Assembly (NCBI RefSeq): GCF_001194135.2
Contig: NC_068983.1
Coordinates: forward strand, 105,297,598 to 105,338,780
From: Octopus bimaculoides
Taxonomy: Eukaryota
Reading direction: 5' to 3'
Length of the DNA: 41,183 bases
Positions within the stretch are counted from its first letter, which is position 1. Every line of letters begins with the position of its first letter. The translations under genes were made by a program, and so were the position numbers. Shown here piece by piece: positions 23,035-35,722 of this stretch. The notes under the pieces are model-generated. The model did no database searches. It saw only the letters and a list, made by a program, of their open reading frames with translations, and was not told the DNA's origin.

Positions 23035-24922
23035 ATATACTTTATTATTAAAGCGGCAAAAACATCACAAAATATCTCAAAAAATTCTTCTCAGAATTTC
23101 ACGTTCCCATTCGTCGGACAGTTGTGATTGAGAATAGAAGAATTCAGGTTATACGTATAAATATATTATACAATTTAAATTGACCGATACACGTTTGAAT
23201 GTGGATTATTTGATTGGTCATTTCAACTAACGGGGTTTTTTTAAAGAAATGATGATATAAATAAAAACATTAAAAATTAAAAGGTTTAAATACCGTATTG
23301 TGTAAAATCGAAGAAAGCCTTAAATCAAAATAAATATTAGTTTAAAAGGAAAAACATATATGCCCATAGTAAACTAATAAATGAGTTAATTAATAAGTTT
23401 AATTAATACAATATAAAGTTTAATTAATTAATATAGAATTAAGTTTGCTTTCAATAAAATATTCGCTTATAGAAATCTAAAAGCATAAAAATATAGACAC
23501 ACATTATTCACTTACATACAAACGCATACATGGATTAGACTTACACACACTAAAAAACGTATACAAACATATATACGCAAACACGCATAGAAGCTGATAG
23601 ATACATACATATATACAAACATATACAGGCAAATATGAATATCTACACACATATATATATATACACAATATGCCTCCTTGCGTATGTGTTAATGTTTCTA
23701 TACGCAACGTTGCTAGTTAAAGATAGAAAAGAAGAAAAGAAAGAACAAAATAGAATCGAAGAAGAGAGTAAGAGAAATGTATGAAACAGCGTTCATGAAG
23801 AATATTAAGTAGGAAAAAGATAGAAAAGAGAATATGCATTGGAAACCTCTGTGTGTAAACTCATGCCCGCATACGCACACAAAATAGACGTGCATAAACA
23901 TAGCTACATAAATACATACATACATACATACATTGTTTATATATATATATANNNNNNNNNNNNNNNNNNNNNNNNNNNNNNNNNNNNNNNNNNNNNNNNN
24001 NNNNNNNNNNNNNNNNNNNNNNNNNNNNNNNNNNNNNNNNNNNNNNNNNNNNNNNNNNNNNNNNNNNNNNNNNNNNNNNNNNNNNNNNNNNNNNNNNNNN
24101 NNNNNNNNNNNNNNNNNNNNNNNNNNNNNNNNNNNNNNNNNNNNNNNNNNNNNNNNNNNNNNNNNNNNNNNNNNNNNNNNNNNNNNNNNNNNNNNNNNNN
24201 NNNNNNNNNNNNNNNNNNNNNNNNNNNNNNNNNNNNNNNNNNNNNNNNNNNNNNNNNNNNNNNNNNNNNNNNNNNNNNNNNNNNNNNNNNNNNNNNNNNN
24301 NNNNNNNNNNNNNNNNNNNNNNNNNNNNNNNNNNNNNNNNNNNNNNNNNNNNNNNNNNNNNNNNNNNNNNNNNNNNNNNNNNNNNNNNNNNNNNNNNNNN
24401 NNNNNNNNNNNNNNNNNNNNNNNNNNNNNNNNNNNNNNNNNNNNNNNNNNNNTACATACATACATATATACATAAACATACAAACACAATACATATATAC
24501 ACATACATATTTATTCATAACTGCGTGTCTGGTATACCGAATATCAAAATAAAAGTTGTTGAAAAAAGGAGCAAATTAGTGAAATTTCATAGGTGTAGAT
24601 TAAATAAATATCAATTATAAAATTAAATTGAATTACTAAAAACATATTTTATATGGAATAAAGTCAAAGTTAACCTCGGCGAAATAACGCAAAACATTTT
24701 GTACCGCTCACTAAAGTTCTGTCAGCATCGTCGCCTTATTAAGAATGGTAATAATAATGATAAATAAGTACAATGATAGTAAAATGGTTAAGTAATAAAA
24801 AAATATATATATAATAAAAAATATATAAATTACAAAAGAATTCGTTCGGGTATCCGATATCTCTAAAATACATTTTGACCGACTGTAGATGCACTTTTAA
24901 TAGGTATGCATTAAAAATCAAC
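23035..24922. repeat. Left arm of a large inverted duplication
   Basis: 23035-23660 is the reverse complement of ~27410-28046; 24453-24922 is the reverse complement of 25916-26419. Roughly 90% identity by eye; contains a family B SINE and gap 23952-24452. Confidence 0.9.
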
Positions 24923-25091
24923 TAGTTTTAGAAATTCCCTACCTATACTGTTTTTTACTGCAATATTATATGTCGGATTAAACCACAAAACTTTCCTAGT
25001 TATAGTTCTACCTGTTCTATTATTGCTAGTTGTATTTTGGTTATACTGGATCTTCGAGAACCCACTGTTTCTTATAATACGGCGCTGCATT

Positions 25092-25560
25092 TTAAGACCC
25101 TGTCACGTCTGAAGATATGGAAGATATGCACCTTTCTATATTGCTAACTAGATTCTTAAGCATTACGGGTGGATGATTAGACTCTTTGTTAATATAATAT
25201 AGCTTTTCATTGGGCTTACGGTAGAGTTTAAATTTATCTAACTGCAAATCTAAGTTAATATCTAAAAAATCTACATTATTAAGGTTAGTTTCTGTCGTTA
25301 TTCGTAAGCCCATGAGATTCTTTCTAAGTCTATCTAACGAATGGCTATTCATATTACGGGTGCTTATTAGACCGTCATCCCCGTATAATCTTGCATCTAT
25401 AAAAGGGAATTCCAGATGCAGGTTGTGTAGAATATAAGCTCCTATAAGCATACATAATTCAGCCCAGTCATACATCGGTACATCGAATAAAGTGTCCTCG
25501 CTCTTTTTAACCCAGGTGGGTTAAATGAGGTGCAATTTGTGCCTCACTGAAAAATGTCTC
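25092..25560 (-). pseudogene. Penelope-like element reverse transcriptase fragment
   Basis: TWVKKSEDTLFDVPM(GS lost)YDWAELCMLIG...LYGDDGL...GLRITTETNLNNVDFLDINL...YRKPNEKLYYINKESNHPP matches PLE RT motifs (YRDDGL, DFLD, YRKP, SNHP); contains deletions. Confidence 0.85.
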
Positions 25561-25915
25561 ATCCCGTTCCAGACTAAATATGCATTGAATCAAACATTGG
25601 AACTTTTAAATTACTGCAGACACGCCACGAAGTATAAAATGTCGAGCGAAAAAATACCGTACGAGTAACATTGGCTTTCACATTTGAATTTGACCTTTTC
25701 ACCTAAAACCGGTATCACTTTGTATTAACTTTCATTTTACTCTTTCACCTTCCAAGAAAACCTTCGACTGGATACAAACTATATATTTATTCTTTTTTTA
25801 TTTTCTATTTTTATATTCATTATTTTGATGTAAATTTTACTCTTAAATGCAACTTTTTAAACTACATAAACGTTTTTTTTTCTCATAGAAATTTAGCAAA
25901 TAATAACCTCTCAAC

Positions 25916-27406
25916 GTTGATTTTATTTATGCATACCTATTAAAAGCGCATCTACAATCGGCCAAAATGTGTTATAGAGATATCGAATACCCGAACGAAT
26001 TTTTTTGTAATTTATATATTTTTTATTATATCTATTCTTTATTACTTAACCATTTTACTATCATTATACTTATTTATCATTATTATTACCATTCTTAATA
26101 AGGCGACGATGCTGACAGAACTTTAGTGAGCGGGACAAAATGTTTTGCGTTATTTCGTCAGTTGTTAAGCTTCGGATTTAAATTTCGCCGAGGTTAACTT
26201 TGACTTTATTCCATATAAAATATGTTTTTAGTAATTCAATTTAATTTTATAATTGATATTTATTTAATCTACGCCTATGAAATTTCACTAATTTGCTCCT
26301 TTTTTCAACAACTTTTATTTTATTTTGATATTCAGTATACCAGACACAGTTATGAATAAATATGTATGTGTATATATGTATTATGTCTGTATGTATATTT
26401 ATGTATATATGTATGTATGNNNNNNNNNNNNNNNNNNNNNNNNNNNNNNNNNNNNNNNNNNNNNNNNNNNNNNNNNNNNNNNNNNNNNNNNNNNNNNNNN
26501 NNNNNNNNNNNNNNNNNNNNNNNNNNNNNNNNNNNNNNNNNNNNNNNNNNNNNNNNNNNNNNNNNNNNNNNNNNNNNNNNNNNNNNNNNNNNNNNNNNNN
26601 NNNNNNNNNNNNNNNNNNNNNNNNNNNNNNNNNNNNNNNNNNNNNNNNNNNNNNNNNNNNNNNNNNNNNNNNNNNNNNNNNNNNNNNNNNNNNNNNNNNN
26701 NNNNNNNNNNNNNNNNNNNNNNNNNNNNNNNNNNNNNNNNNNNNNNNNNNNNNNNNNNNNNNNNNNNNNNNNNNNNNNNNNNNNNNNNNNNNNNNNNNNN
26801 NNNNNNNNNNNNNNNNNNNNNNNNNNNNNNNNNNNNNNNNNNNNNNNNNNNNNNNNNNNNNNNNNNNNNNNNNNNNNNNNNNNNNNNNNNNNNNNNNNNN
26901 NNNNNNNNNNNNNNNNNNNNNNNNNNNNNNNNNNNNNNNNNNNNNNNNNNNNNNNNNNNNNNNNNNNNNNNNNNNNNNNNNNNNNNNNNNNNNNNNNNNN
27001 NNNNNNNNNNNNNNNNNNNNNNNNNNNNNNNNNNNNNNNNNNNNNNNNNNNNNNNNNNNNNNNNNNNNNNNNNNNNNNNNNNNNNNNNNNNNNNNNNNNN
27101 NNNNNNNNNNNNNNNNNNNNNNNNNNNNNNNNNNNNNNNNNNNNNNNNNNNNNNNNNNNNNNNNNNNNNNNNNNNNNNNNNNNNNNNNNNNNNNNNNNNN
27201 NNNNNNNNNNNNNNNNNNNNNNNNNNNNNNNNNNNNNNNNNNNNNNNNNNNNNNNNNNNNNNNNNNNNNNNNNNNNNNNNNNNNNNNNNNNNNNNNNNNN
27301 NNNNNNNNNNNNNNNNNNNNNNNNNNNNNNNNNNNNNNNNNNNNNNNNNNNNNNNNNNNNNNNNNNNNNNNNNNNNNNNNNNNNNNNNNNNNNNNNNNNN
27401 CTATTT

Positions 27407-27450
<44 letters not shown>

Positions 27451-28046
27451 TTGTGTGTGTGTGTAGATATTTATATTTGCCTTTAATGTTTGTAAATATG
27501 TATGCATGTATTTATGTATGTATGTATCTATCAGCTTCTGCGCGTGTTTGCGTATATATCATTGTATACGTTTTTTAGTGTGTGGAAGTCTAATGATCTA
27601 TGCATGCATTTATATGCATGTGAATAACGTGTGTCTATATTTTTATGTTTTTAGATTTCTATAAGTGAATATTTTATTAAAAACAAACTTTTATTTTAAT
27701 TAAACTTATTTAACATTAATTAATTTACTGTGGGCATGTATGTTTTTCCTTTTAAAATAACACTTATTTTGATTTTAGATTTTCTTCGATTTTACACAAT
27801 ACGATATTTAAACCTTTTAATTTTTAATGTTTTTATCTATATCACCATTTCTTGTTGAAATGACCAATCAAATAATCCAAATTCAAATATGTATGGGTCA
27901 ATTTAAATTGTATAATATATTTATACGTATAACCTGAATTCTTCTATTCTCAATCACAACTGTCCGACGAATGGGAACGTGAATCTCCGAGAAGAATTTT
28001 TTGAGATATATTGCGATGTTTTTGCAGCTTTAATGATAAAGTACAT
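25916..28046. repeat. Right arm of the large inverted duplication
   Basis: See left arm; includes gap 26420-27400. Confidence 0.9.
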
Positions 28047-28113
28047 TACTCTACCTCCGGTATTCAAGCACTCTTATTTTCCCACCTTGTTTCACATTTA
28101 TGTGCTTACCTTA

Positions 28114-28181
<68 letters not shown>

Positions 28182-28328
28182 GATTCAGTTGAATTAGTTA
28201 CTTAAGTTGAGGTACCAAGTCAGTCGGTTTTATCCGCACAACTCAAGTTGAATAAAAAGCAAATAAGTAACAAGGATGTCAAGGTATTAGTGCATAACGG
28301 CCGTTTCAGGCGGCTCCATTTAATCAAT

Positions 28329-28419
28329 CGTCCTCTAAGAATTAGAACCACTGGAAATTGACAGTTAAGTTCTAGCTGTTGATGATAAATTAATTAATGT
28401 CAGATACTCTTTCTTTCAA
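28329..28419. repeat. ~85-bp inverted repeat, partner at 31084-31167
   Basis: CGTCCTCTAAGAATTAGAACC...CAGATACTCTTTCTTTCAA is the reverse complement of 31084-31167, with a few mismatches and indels. Confidence 0.85.
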
Positions 28420-29094
28420 GCCTCTAATTCACGATGGCTATAAAGTCGCTATGACTACATAAAGGAACACATTTCAGATGTCAGTAAGATCGTGATATCT
28501 GCCCAAAAAGAGGAAGGCAGGGGAAAAATAAACTATTTTATTATCATCAGTTAAAAGGGGCTTAAAATAGACAGAAAAGAAGGTCACAATGAGATCTAAA
28601 TGGGCGTCAAAAGTGCGGGGTGGGAAAATGTATATCCAAAATTTAGTAAAATTTATATATTATCATATTTTCTATAATAAATAATAAAATTTTAGAATTT
28701 AGAAAACGATATAAGGACCGAGTAAGAAAAGAAGGATATATACACCAATTTAAGCCCTAAAAATGTAGAGTACTTTTATATAAAATAGAAGCCTCATAAT
28801 ACTTCATCCTAGCAAACTGTTAAGGTGGTCATGATAAAACCATTCAACAATGAGCCCATAATTAAAATCAGATTTCATCCGAGAAAGAGATACACATTTT
28901 CTATTGACTGAAAACCAGGGATTGAAGGCGAAAAATGACATAATTGGTTCTATAACAGATAAACTTATTTAAAAAAAAAAAAAAACTTGGGAAAATATAA
29001 TTATATAAAAAAAAATTCCCAACATTATGAAAGGATCTTAAAGGACGTAAAGATATAAGAAGGTACAAAAATACCGCACATATATATATATAAA

Positions 29095-29290
29095 CAATAT
29101 ATGAGTATATGCATATATATGTACATGTATGTACATACCTTCATCTACATGTACATATAGATACATATCTGGGTACATGACGTTGCAAAAAAACATGGAC
29201 AAAATGATAAACAAGGTACAAAAACACGCAGGCCACATAGAGAACATATCCTTCATCAGCTGCCACCATTAAAACACTGGCGTTTCGAAG
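29095..29290. repeat. Interspersed repeat fragment, second copy at ~13872-13970
   Basis: TGAGTATATGCATATATATGTACATGTATGTACATACC...CATATCTGGGTACA is shared by both loci. Confidence 0.75.
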
Positions 29291-29291
29291 A

Positions 29292-29334
<43 letters not shown>

Positions 29335-29824
29335 ATAGCTTATATATATGTGTATATAGCAAGAATATATTATAAGTATAAAATGCAATTACAAATAGCT
29401 AAAAAAATATAAGTTGAAATACCATATTGCATTATATTTTACCATGATTAACTGTAGAGAGAAGTTACAACCCCTCCGCAAATCATAGAATGTTACACCA
29501 GTATATACGAGGGTAAATAGGCATACGAAATACAAAATTTAATAATATAATATTTAAAAAATACAAAAATACACCAAAAAAAATCAAATGAAGAAATATC
29601 TATATAAAATTTCAATAAAGGATTTATAAAATGAAAAAATAGACATAAGGTTAAAAAAAAATTACATTGCTGAAGCCATAAGATACATACTGGATATAAA
29701 GAGAGATAAAAGATTTAAAAAAATAATAAAATAAGAAGAAAAATTAAAATAATAATAAATAAATAAGGATAAGTCGAGGTGTTCCTAACAAAGTAAATTA
29801 AGAAAGAAATAAAGAAAGAAAGAT

Positions 29825-30130
29825 GAAGATACCATTGGATGCGGTTTTATAAAATAAGATTAATATTACAGGCACTGGTGTATGTAGAATCCTATAGTTC
29901 CAAGGGGGTATAGAGTATACCAGAGGCGTACGATCTGATAATTCATTATAAATATACCAATTATGACTGATAGGGAAAAAAGTTTTGGAACTGAAGGAAA
30001 AAACAGTGCAATCACCGTATAGGATGAATGCAGACAAAACTGGTAGGGGGTTATAAGAGGGAAATATCATATATAATATATAATTTACTACACGAGAGGG
30101 TATGTTATGAAAGTATGACACCACAGATAA
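29825..30130 (+). pseudogene. Possible heavily decayed second Penelope-like endonuclease-region fragment
   Basis: Stop-riddled frame ...VCRIL*FQGGIEYT...SPYRMNADKTG...NIIYNI*FTTREGML*KYDTT loosely resembles a GIY-YIG region; weak. Confidence 0.25.
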
Positions 30131-30166
30131 TTTCTACCATCAAATCATAGTATGATGAGTATAATA

Positions 30167-30596
30167 TTATTTGTTTCCAAAATATTTAAATGCGCGGGTG
30201 ATGCTATGCACGCAGGATACCCTAAGGACTAATCTATTATTAATTAGGTTATTCTTGTCTCTGTACATAAAAATCTCATAAATTTCCATAGAACAAAGTT
30301 CGCATCCGTATCTGCTATATGGTTGCGCTCTGCGAACTATATCCTGTTTAAGGCTAAATCTACTCTTGGTTTCCTTAAGTCCCCATATATTACTAGATAA
30401 AGAAGTACTATTAGCGTTATCTCTAAGTCTAAAAGATGAAAGATGGTTCTTAAGGCGCTTTTTCATATTATCGAGCACCTTATATAAGTAAAATTAGTAG
30501 TTCCAGTCAAAACTGTACATTTGTAAACAACATTTGGGGCTAAACAACAACCTAATAACGAGCATTAGGATTTTACCCCACAATTGCAGCCGGAGA

Positions 30597-30657
<61 letters not shown>

Positions 30658-30948
30658 ACTATTATTATTTTTATTACTATTGTTACTATCACTATTATTA
30701 TTATTAATAGTAGTATTACTTCTATCATTTATAGTAGCACTTAAATTCATTGTATCAATAATGCCTGAGTTATTATACATAGCGGTATCATTGCTTATAT
30801 TGTATATATTGGTAGATATAGCACAGTTAAAGGGAACATTATACCAGACTACATTATTCTTTCCAGACTTCTTATGTTTATGAAAGTTGATCCTATGCAT
30901 TCTTCTACTATCTGAGGTCTCTGTTTGATTATTAAACATGGCCCCCAT
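30167..30948 (-). pseudogene. Penelope-like element C-terminal region with GIY-YIG endonuclease
   Basis: KNNVVWYNVPFN...(Asn-rich linker)...CNCGVKS*CSLLGCCLAPNVVYKCTV...TYIRC, frameshift, KRLKNHLSSFR...NSTSLSSNIWGLK...CELCSME...LINNR...CVH. This is the typical PLE CNC..C..C-VVY-YIG layout. Confidence 0.85.
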
Positions 30949-31359
30949 TATTAGTGTTTATGCTATCAGAAGGAGAGGACCCATTCGGCTCAATCATATA
31001 CCTACCATTATTAGGTCTCAATCATATCCCTACCATTACTTGGTAGGAATATGGAAGAGTATCTGGCATTAATTGGTAGGGATTTGAAAGAGTATCTGGC
31101 ATTAATTAATTTATCAACAGCTAGAACTTAACTGTCAATGCCCAATGGTTTTAATTCTTAGTGGACGTAGTATACTAGCTGCATTAGATTTTTTGATGGT
31201 GATAAGGAGATAGATAAGAGTAGCTATATTACCATCTCATGACCCCCATTGTTACTCTCTTCTGCCACTCCAAATTATTGTTGGGGTATTTTCTCCTTAA
31301 GCTCATTCCGCTACAATAATAGAAGCAAATATGTAATCATTTTATTATCTAGTTCTGTT

Positions 31360-31484
31360 GAGGCGCAATGGCCCAGTGGTTATGGCAGCGAACTCGCGGT
31401 CACAGGATCGCGGTTTCGATTCCCAGACCGGGCGTTGTGAGTGTTTATTGAGCGAAAACACCTAAAGCTCCACGAGGCTCCGGC
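31360..31484 (+). mobile_element. SINE family C, 5' fragment
   Basis: Near-identical to 8848-8972, then abruptly truncated. Confidence 0.85.
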
Positions 31485-31765
31485 ATGACATTATAACATA
31501 GAGTAATAATGTCATGTCAACATTAGAGAATTTCTTCATTCTTGAGATTATCTCTTCTTTCCAAGTGGAGCTGGTCTTAATTGCCATTTGGTAATCATCA
31601 TCTAGAGGCGGAGATAATTTTAAGAATTTATGTTGTTTGGTACATGTATGGTATTTGATATACCTGTATTAGTCTATGTTGTTCATATGCATTTCACAAG
31701 TCACTCTGAGTTGGCTCATTTTTGCTTAAATCACCTACGTGTACGTGTGTGGTCGGGGGCGTGTT

Positions 31766-31807
<42 letters not shown>

Positions 31808-32279
31808 CGTGTATGCATGTGTGTGTATAAATATATATATGTGTGTGTGTGTATGTATATGTATATATCGATTTATATATATATGTATGTACATGTACAT
31901 ACATACATACGTATACACTGGATATTGACTACTTATTGCTTCCTGTATGACGCTACACTTATTACTAAGCATCAGTTGGCATACAGGATGAAGAAATCAA
32001 ATAGCGAAGAAGGAGGGGGCAAGAGGAGAGTAGAGGAAGATGTGTTATATAGAAATCTAAATAAACTGGTCGGAAAAGAGGCCAGTTCATAAATCAAAGG
32101 ACACGAAAATAAGATGTCTTTAAAAGGCAAATAAAAACAAGAATAACAAACTCTCAATGTTCGCCTTTGTTTATGTGTTTATTTGCTGTTTTTGCTGTTG
32201 TTTGTTGTTATTGTAGTTGTTGTTACTGCTGTAGTTGTTTTGAAATGATGATGGAGTTGCTCAACTTTTCCAAATTTCA

Positions 32280-32460
32280 TTGTTGTTTCTTGAAACTAGC
32301 TTCTTGCTCAGCATGTGTCATGAGACAATGTCAAATGTTTCAGCAATTTTATATGCTCTGCAGACTGTGTGTGAATTTTGGCACGTTCTTGCTAGAACCC
32401 AGAAGCACTTTCTTCAAGGTCTCCTAACCCATTCAGCTCTTGTCAAATTGGTCTGACTAT
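32280..32460 (-). pseudogene. Possible decayed LINE RT fragment
   Basis: Frame reads IAETFDIVS*HMLSKKL, resembling the AKAFDxVxHxxLxxKL motif; short and disrupted. Confidence 0.3.
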
Positions 32461-32847
32461 ATCCCTTATGCCTTAATCAGAAAAGGAGTGAGGAAAGGAA
32501 AGGAAAATAAAAAAAAAGCTTTTCCTGGAGTATGTTGTATAGTACATACATATACAGATATACAAACATACAAGCATTAACAAAAATATATAAATACGTA
32601 GATATACATAAATACACATACATAAACATACATCAGCAATATGCAACAGCATGTCTACACACCATCTCAAGAAAGAAACACTATGTATATTTTTTAAAAT
32701 CTATGACGAGTGATTCTACTTACCTATATCGATAAGGATATAAAATACAAACGTAAGAACGCATAAAGAAGAAAGTATTAATTTTTACACACACACACAC
32801 ACACACATATGAACTGGAAGTGTAGGTTCGATATTTACTTTGATATA

Positions 32848-34072
32848 CAGGGTGTGACAGAGAGGACGGACGTTTTTGAAAAATTCACAAAATCATTAAT
32901 TTTAGCTGCAAACAAATTTTATTGACATCAAAGTGTTTGTATTGAATTAGCATTTGTCAAAAACTCTCTCCAGAATTGCTCTGTCGATTTGGGCGACTTC
33001 CACGCAAATAGCTTCCTTCAAACCATCCAATGTATGGGGTTTATGCGCATACACACGTGCCTTGAGATTTCCCCACAAGAAATAATCACACATGAACAAA
33101 TCAGGGGACCGAGGGAGCCAAGGAATGTCAGCAAACCTGGAAATAAGGCGGTCACTGAAGAGAGGGCAAAGAACATCCAATTATATTCTGGCTGAGTGGG
33201 CCGTCGCCCCATCCTGATGAAATCACATACGTCGAATAGCATACATTTTCGTCGTAATTCAGGCACAAAGAAGTTGTTTATCATCTCGATGTAATGCTCA
33301 GAGTTCACAGTAACAGCATTCCCATTATTGTCTTCAAAAACGAAAGGACCAATGACGGCAACTTCTTCAACAGCACACCAGACGTCCCTTTGGCGCTGTG
33401 CAGTGGTCTTTCATGCAGTTCTCTCGGATTTTCAAGAGCCCAATAACGACAGTTCTATTGATTCACCATGCCATCGAGATGAAAATGAGTTTCATCACTC
33501 ATTAACAAAATGAGGTTACCATTTGCCTCAAAATTGCGAAGCTGCTGTGCATAGTCCCATGGTATCAACTGTTGCTTAATGACCAATTAGTACGGTGGAA
33601 ATGCAGGTCTTCATGCACAATACGCCTTACCGATCAATTACCGATGCCAAGTTCAGCGGAATGCCTCTGAGCAAAGCGATTCGGACACTGCATCAAGGCT
33701 TGTCTGACGCGTTCCATATTTTCTGGGGTCCGTACCATTCGTGGCGCCCCAACCAGTCTGCTATTCATTAGTGTACCTCGTGTACGGATTGCATTCAACC
33801 AGCGTAGGATTGTGTTACGGGTGGGAACAGCTTGATTTCGGTGAATGTTGAAATGGCGCCGAAACTCACGGCTGTGACAGACACGTTATTCTTCACGTAA
33901 CTGTCGTAGGCAAACACGTGATGTTCTCTCGTCCACAGTGCCATAGCTTCACCTGAAAAGAAAAAAATGCTAGGACACCGCGGACCGAATGGTACCTGTT
34001 GGACATATATCCCTCCATCTGGGGCTGAGTAATATCCATTTCAAAAACGGCCGTCCTCTCTGCCCTACCCTG
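32848..34072 (-). mobile_element. Full-length Tc1/mariner DNA transposon, DD41D (rosa-type), inactivated
   Basis: 33-bp TIRs CAGGGTGTGACAGAGAGGACGGACGTTTTTGAA (4 mismatches between ends); TA TSDs at 32846-32847 and 34073-34074; 1225 bp. Confidence 0.92.
32947..33944 (-). pseudogene. DD41D transposase pseudogene
   Basis: ATG at 33944 (MALWTREHHVF...), then MSDETHFHLDG, HQDGATAH and WLPRSPDLFMCDYFLWG; 41 residues between the 2nd and 3rd Asp by manual count; several stops and frameshifts. Confidence 0.88.
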
Positions 34073-34230
34073 TATTTTTATTATTTCTAGTTTTCATACA
34101 CATATCCTCATACACACATCCATATCCAGAACACACACGTAAATACATACATTTATTCATACGTCATTCATATATATATATATATATATATANNNNNNNN
34201 NNNNNNNNNNNNNNNNNNNNNNNNNNNNNN

Positions 34231-34385
34231 CCGAGAACTACGTTAAGGGTACACGTGTCTGTGGAGTGCTCAGCCACTTGCACGTTAATTTCACGAGCAG
34301 GCTGTTCCGTTGATCGGATCAACTGGAACCTTCGACGTCGTAAGCGACGGAGTGCAACAACAACAACAACAACAACAACAACACG
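34231..34385 (+). mobile_element. SINE family C, 3' fragment after a gap, with (CAA)n tail
   Basis: Matches 9099-9227. Confidence 0.85.
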
Positions 34386-35137
34386 TATGTATGTATGTGA
34401 GTATGTATGTATGTATGTATGTATGTATGCGTGTGTTAATAAATTTTACGAAACGTATAAATGGGAAAGAGTGAAATTATGAAGTGAGAAATGACAACCA
34501 AATATCCGAAAAAGGGGGAAGAAGAGAAACTTTCTCAACATTAGATTCCTCTAACAGTTTTCTTCGACTATCATTTTAATAAGAAGGCTTGTATTTATAT
34601 ATTTATATATTTATTCATTAATTCAATTGTTTGTTTGCTTATGTATATATTTTTGCAACTTTTACTCTATTAACGATTATTGTCTATTTTCTGAAGAATG
34701 AAATTTGTTCTTATTTTCTACAGACAATGTTCACTCGACAATTTAACCTAGACACGGTATATTCGAATCAATTATAAAAAGTTTTCTAATTCCTTGAGTA
34801 GTAAAGCAGTGATACGTTTGAGAGAGCAGCTACAGCTAGGATAGTAAGAAAAAAATGTAAAAAATAATATTAAAAAAAACAAACAAACAAGTGATATTCT
34901 AAAAAAAAAACGGGAAATAAACCTTATGGTTTGCAAAATATAACAAAAAAAAAAGCGCACAAGAAACCTATCTTTAATGGTAATGTATAACAATCAATTA
35001 GGTTTTGCTTTCTGTTTTTTTTTTAATAGTCTTCTAAATAATATCGAGTTTTTGTTGTTTTCAACTCTCAGGGACGTTCTGATAATGTCAGCCTTCACCA
35101 GTTCTTGAGTATCGGATCGTAAACCCTGTTATTATAG

Positions 35138-35216
35138 AAATTGTTTGGACTCAACTCGGCAATAGGACTTGAATTTAATGATGCTAACCGCGACAAAGTG
35201 ACTCTGCAGTGGTCAG
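35138..35216 (+). other. Candidate coding exon (KLFGLNSAIGLEFNDANRDKVTLQWS)
   Basis: TAG acceptor, CAG|GTATGA donor, single open frame; phase-compatible with candidates 34724-34756 and 36615-36709. Identity is unproven. Confidence 0.25.
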
Positions 35217-35252
35217 GTATGATATATTACTTTAATCTCTCTCTCTCGCTCG

Positions 35253-35328
<76 letters not shown>

Positions 35329-35399
35329 ATCTACTCCTCTTTTTCTTTCTCCTTTCCCTCACTCCGTTTCTATAATTCTCGCTTCCCCTTTCTCCCATG

Positions 35400-35465
<66 letters not shown>

Positions 35466-35690
35466 NNNNNNNNNNNNNNNNNNNNNNNNNNNNNNNNNNN
35501 NNNNNNNNNNNNNNNNNNNNNNNNNNNNNNNNNNNNNNNNNNNNNNNNNNNNNNNNNNNNNNNNNNNNNNNNNNNNNNNNNNNNNNNNNNNNNNNNNNNN
35601 NNNNNNNNNNNNNNNNNNNNNNNNNNNNNNNNNNNNNNNNNNNNNNNNNNNNNNNNNNNNNNNNNNNNNNNNNNNNNNNNNNNNNNNNNN

Positions 35691-35722
<32 letters not shown>

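Noticed and set aside
29240-29295. GAAAC...CTGATGA on the minus strand as a hammerhead
   Set aside because: Core halves are in permuted order, with no UH site and no convincing stem II pairing.
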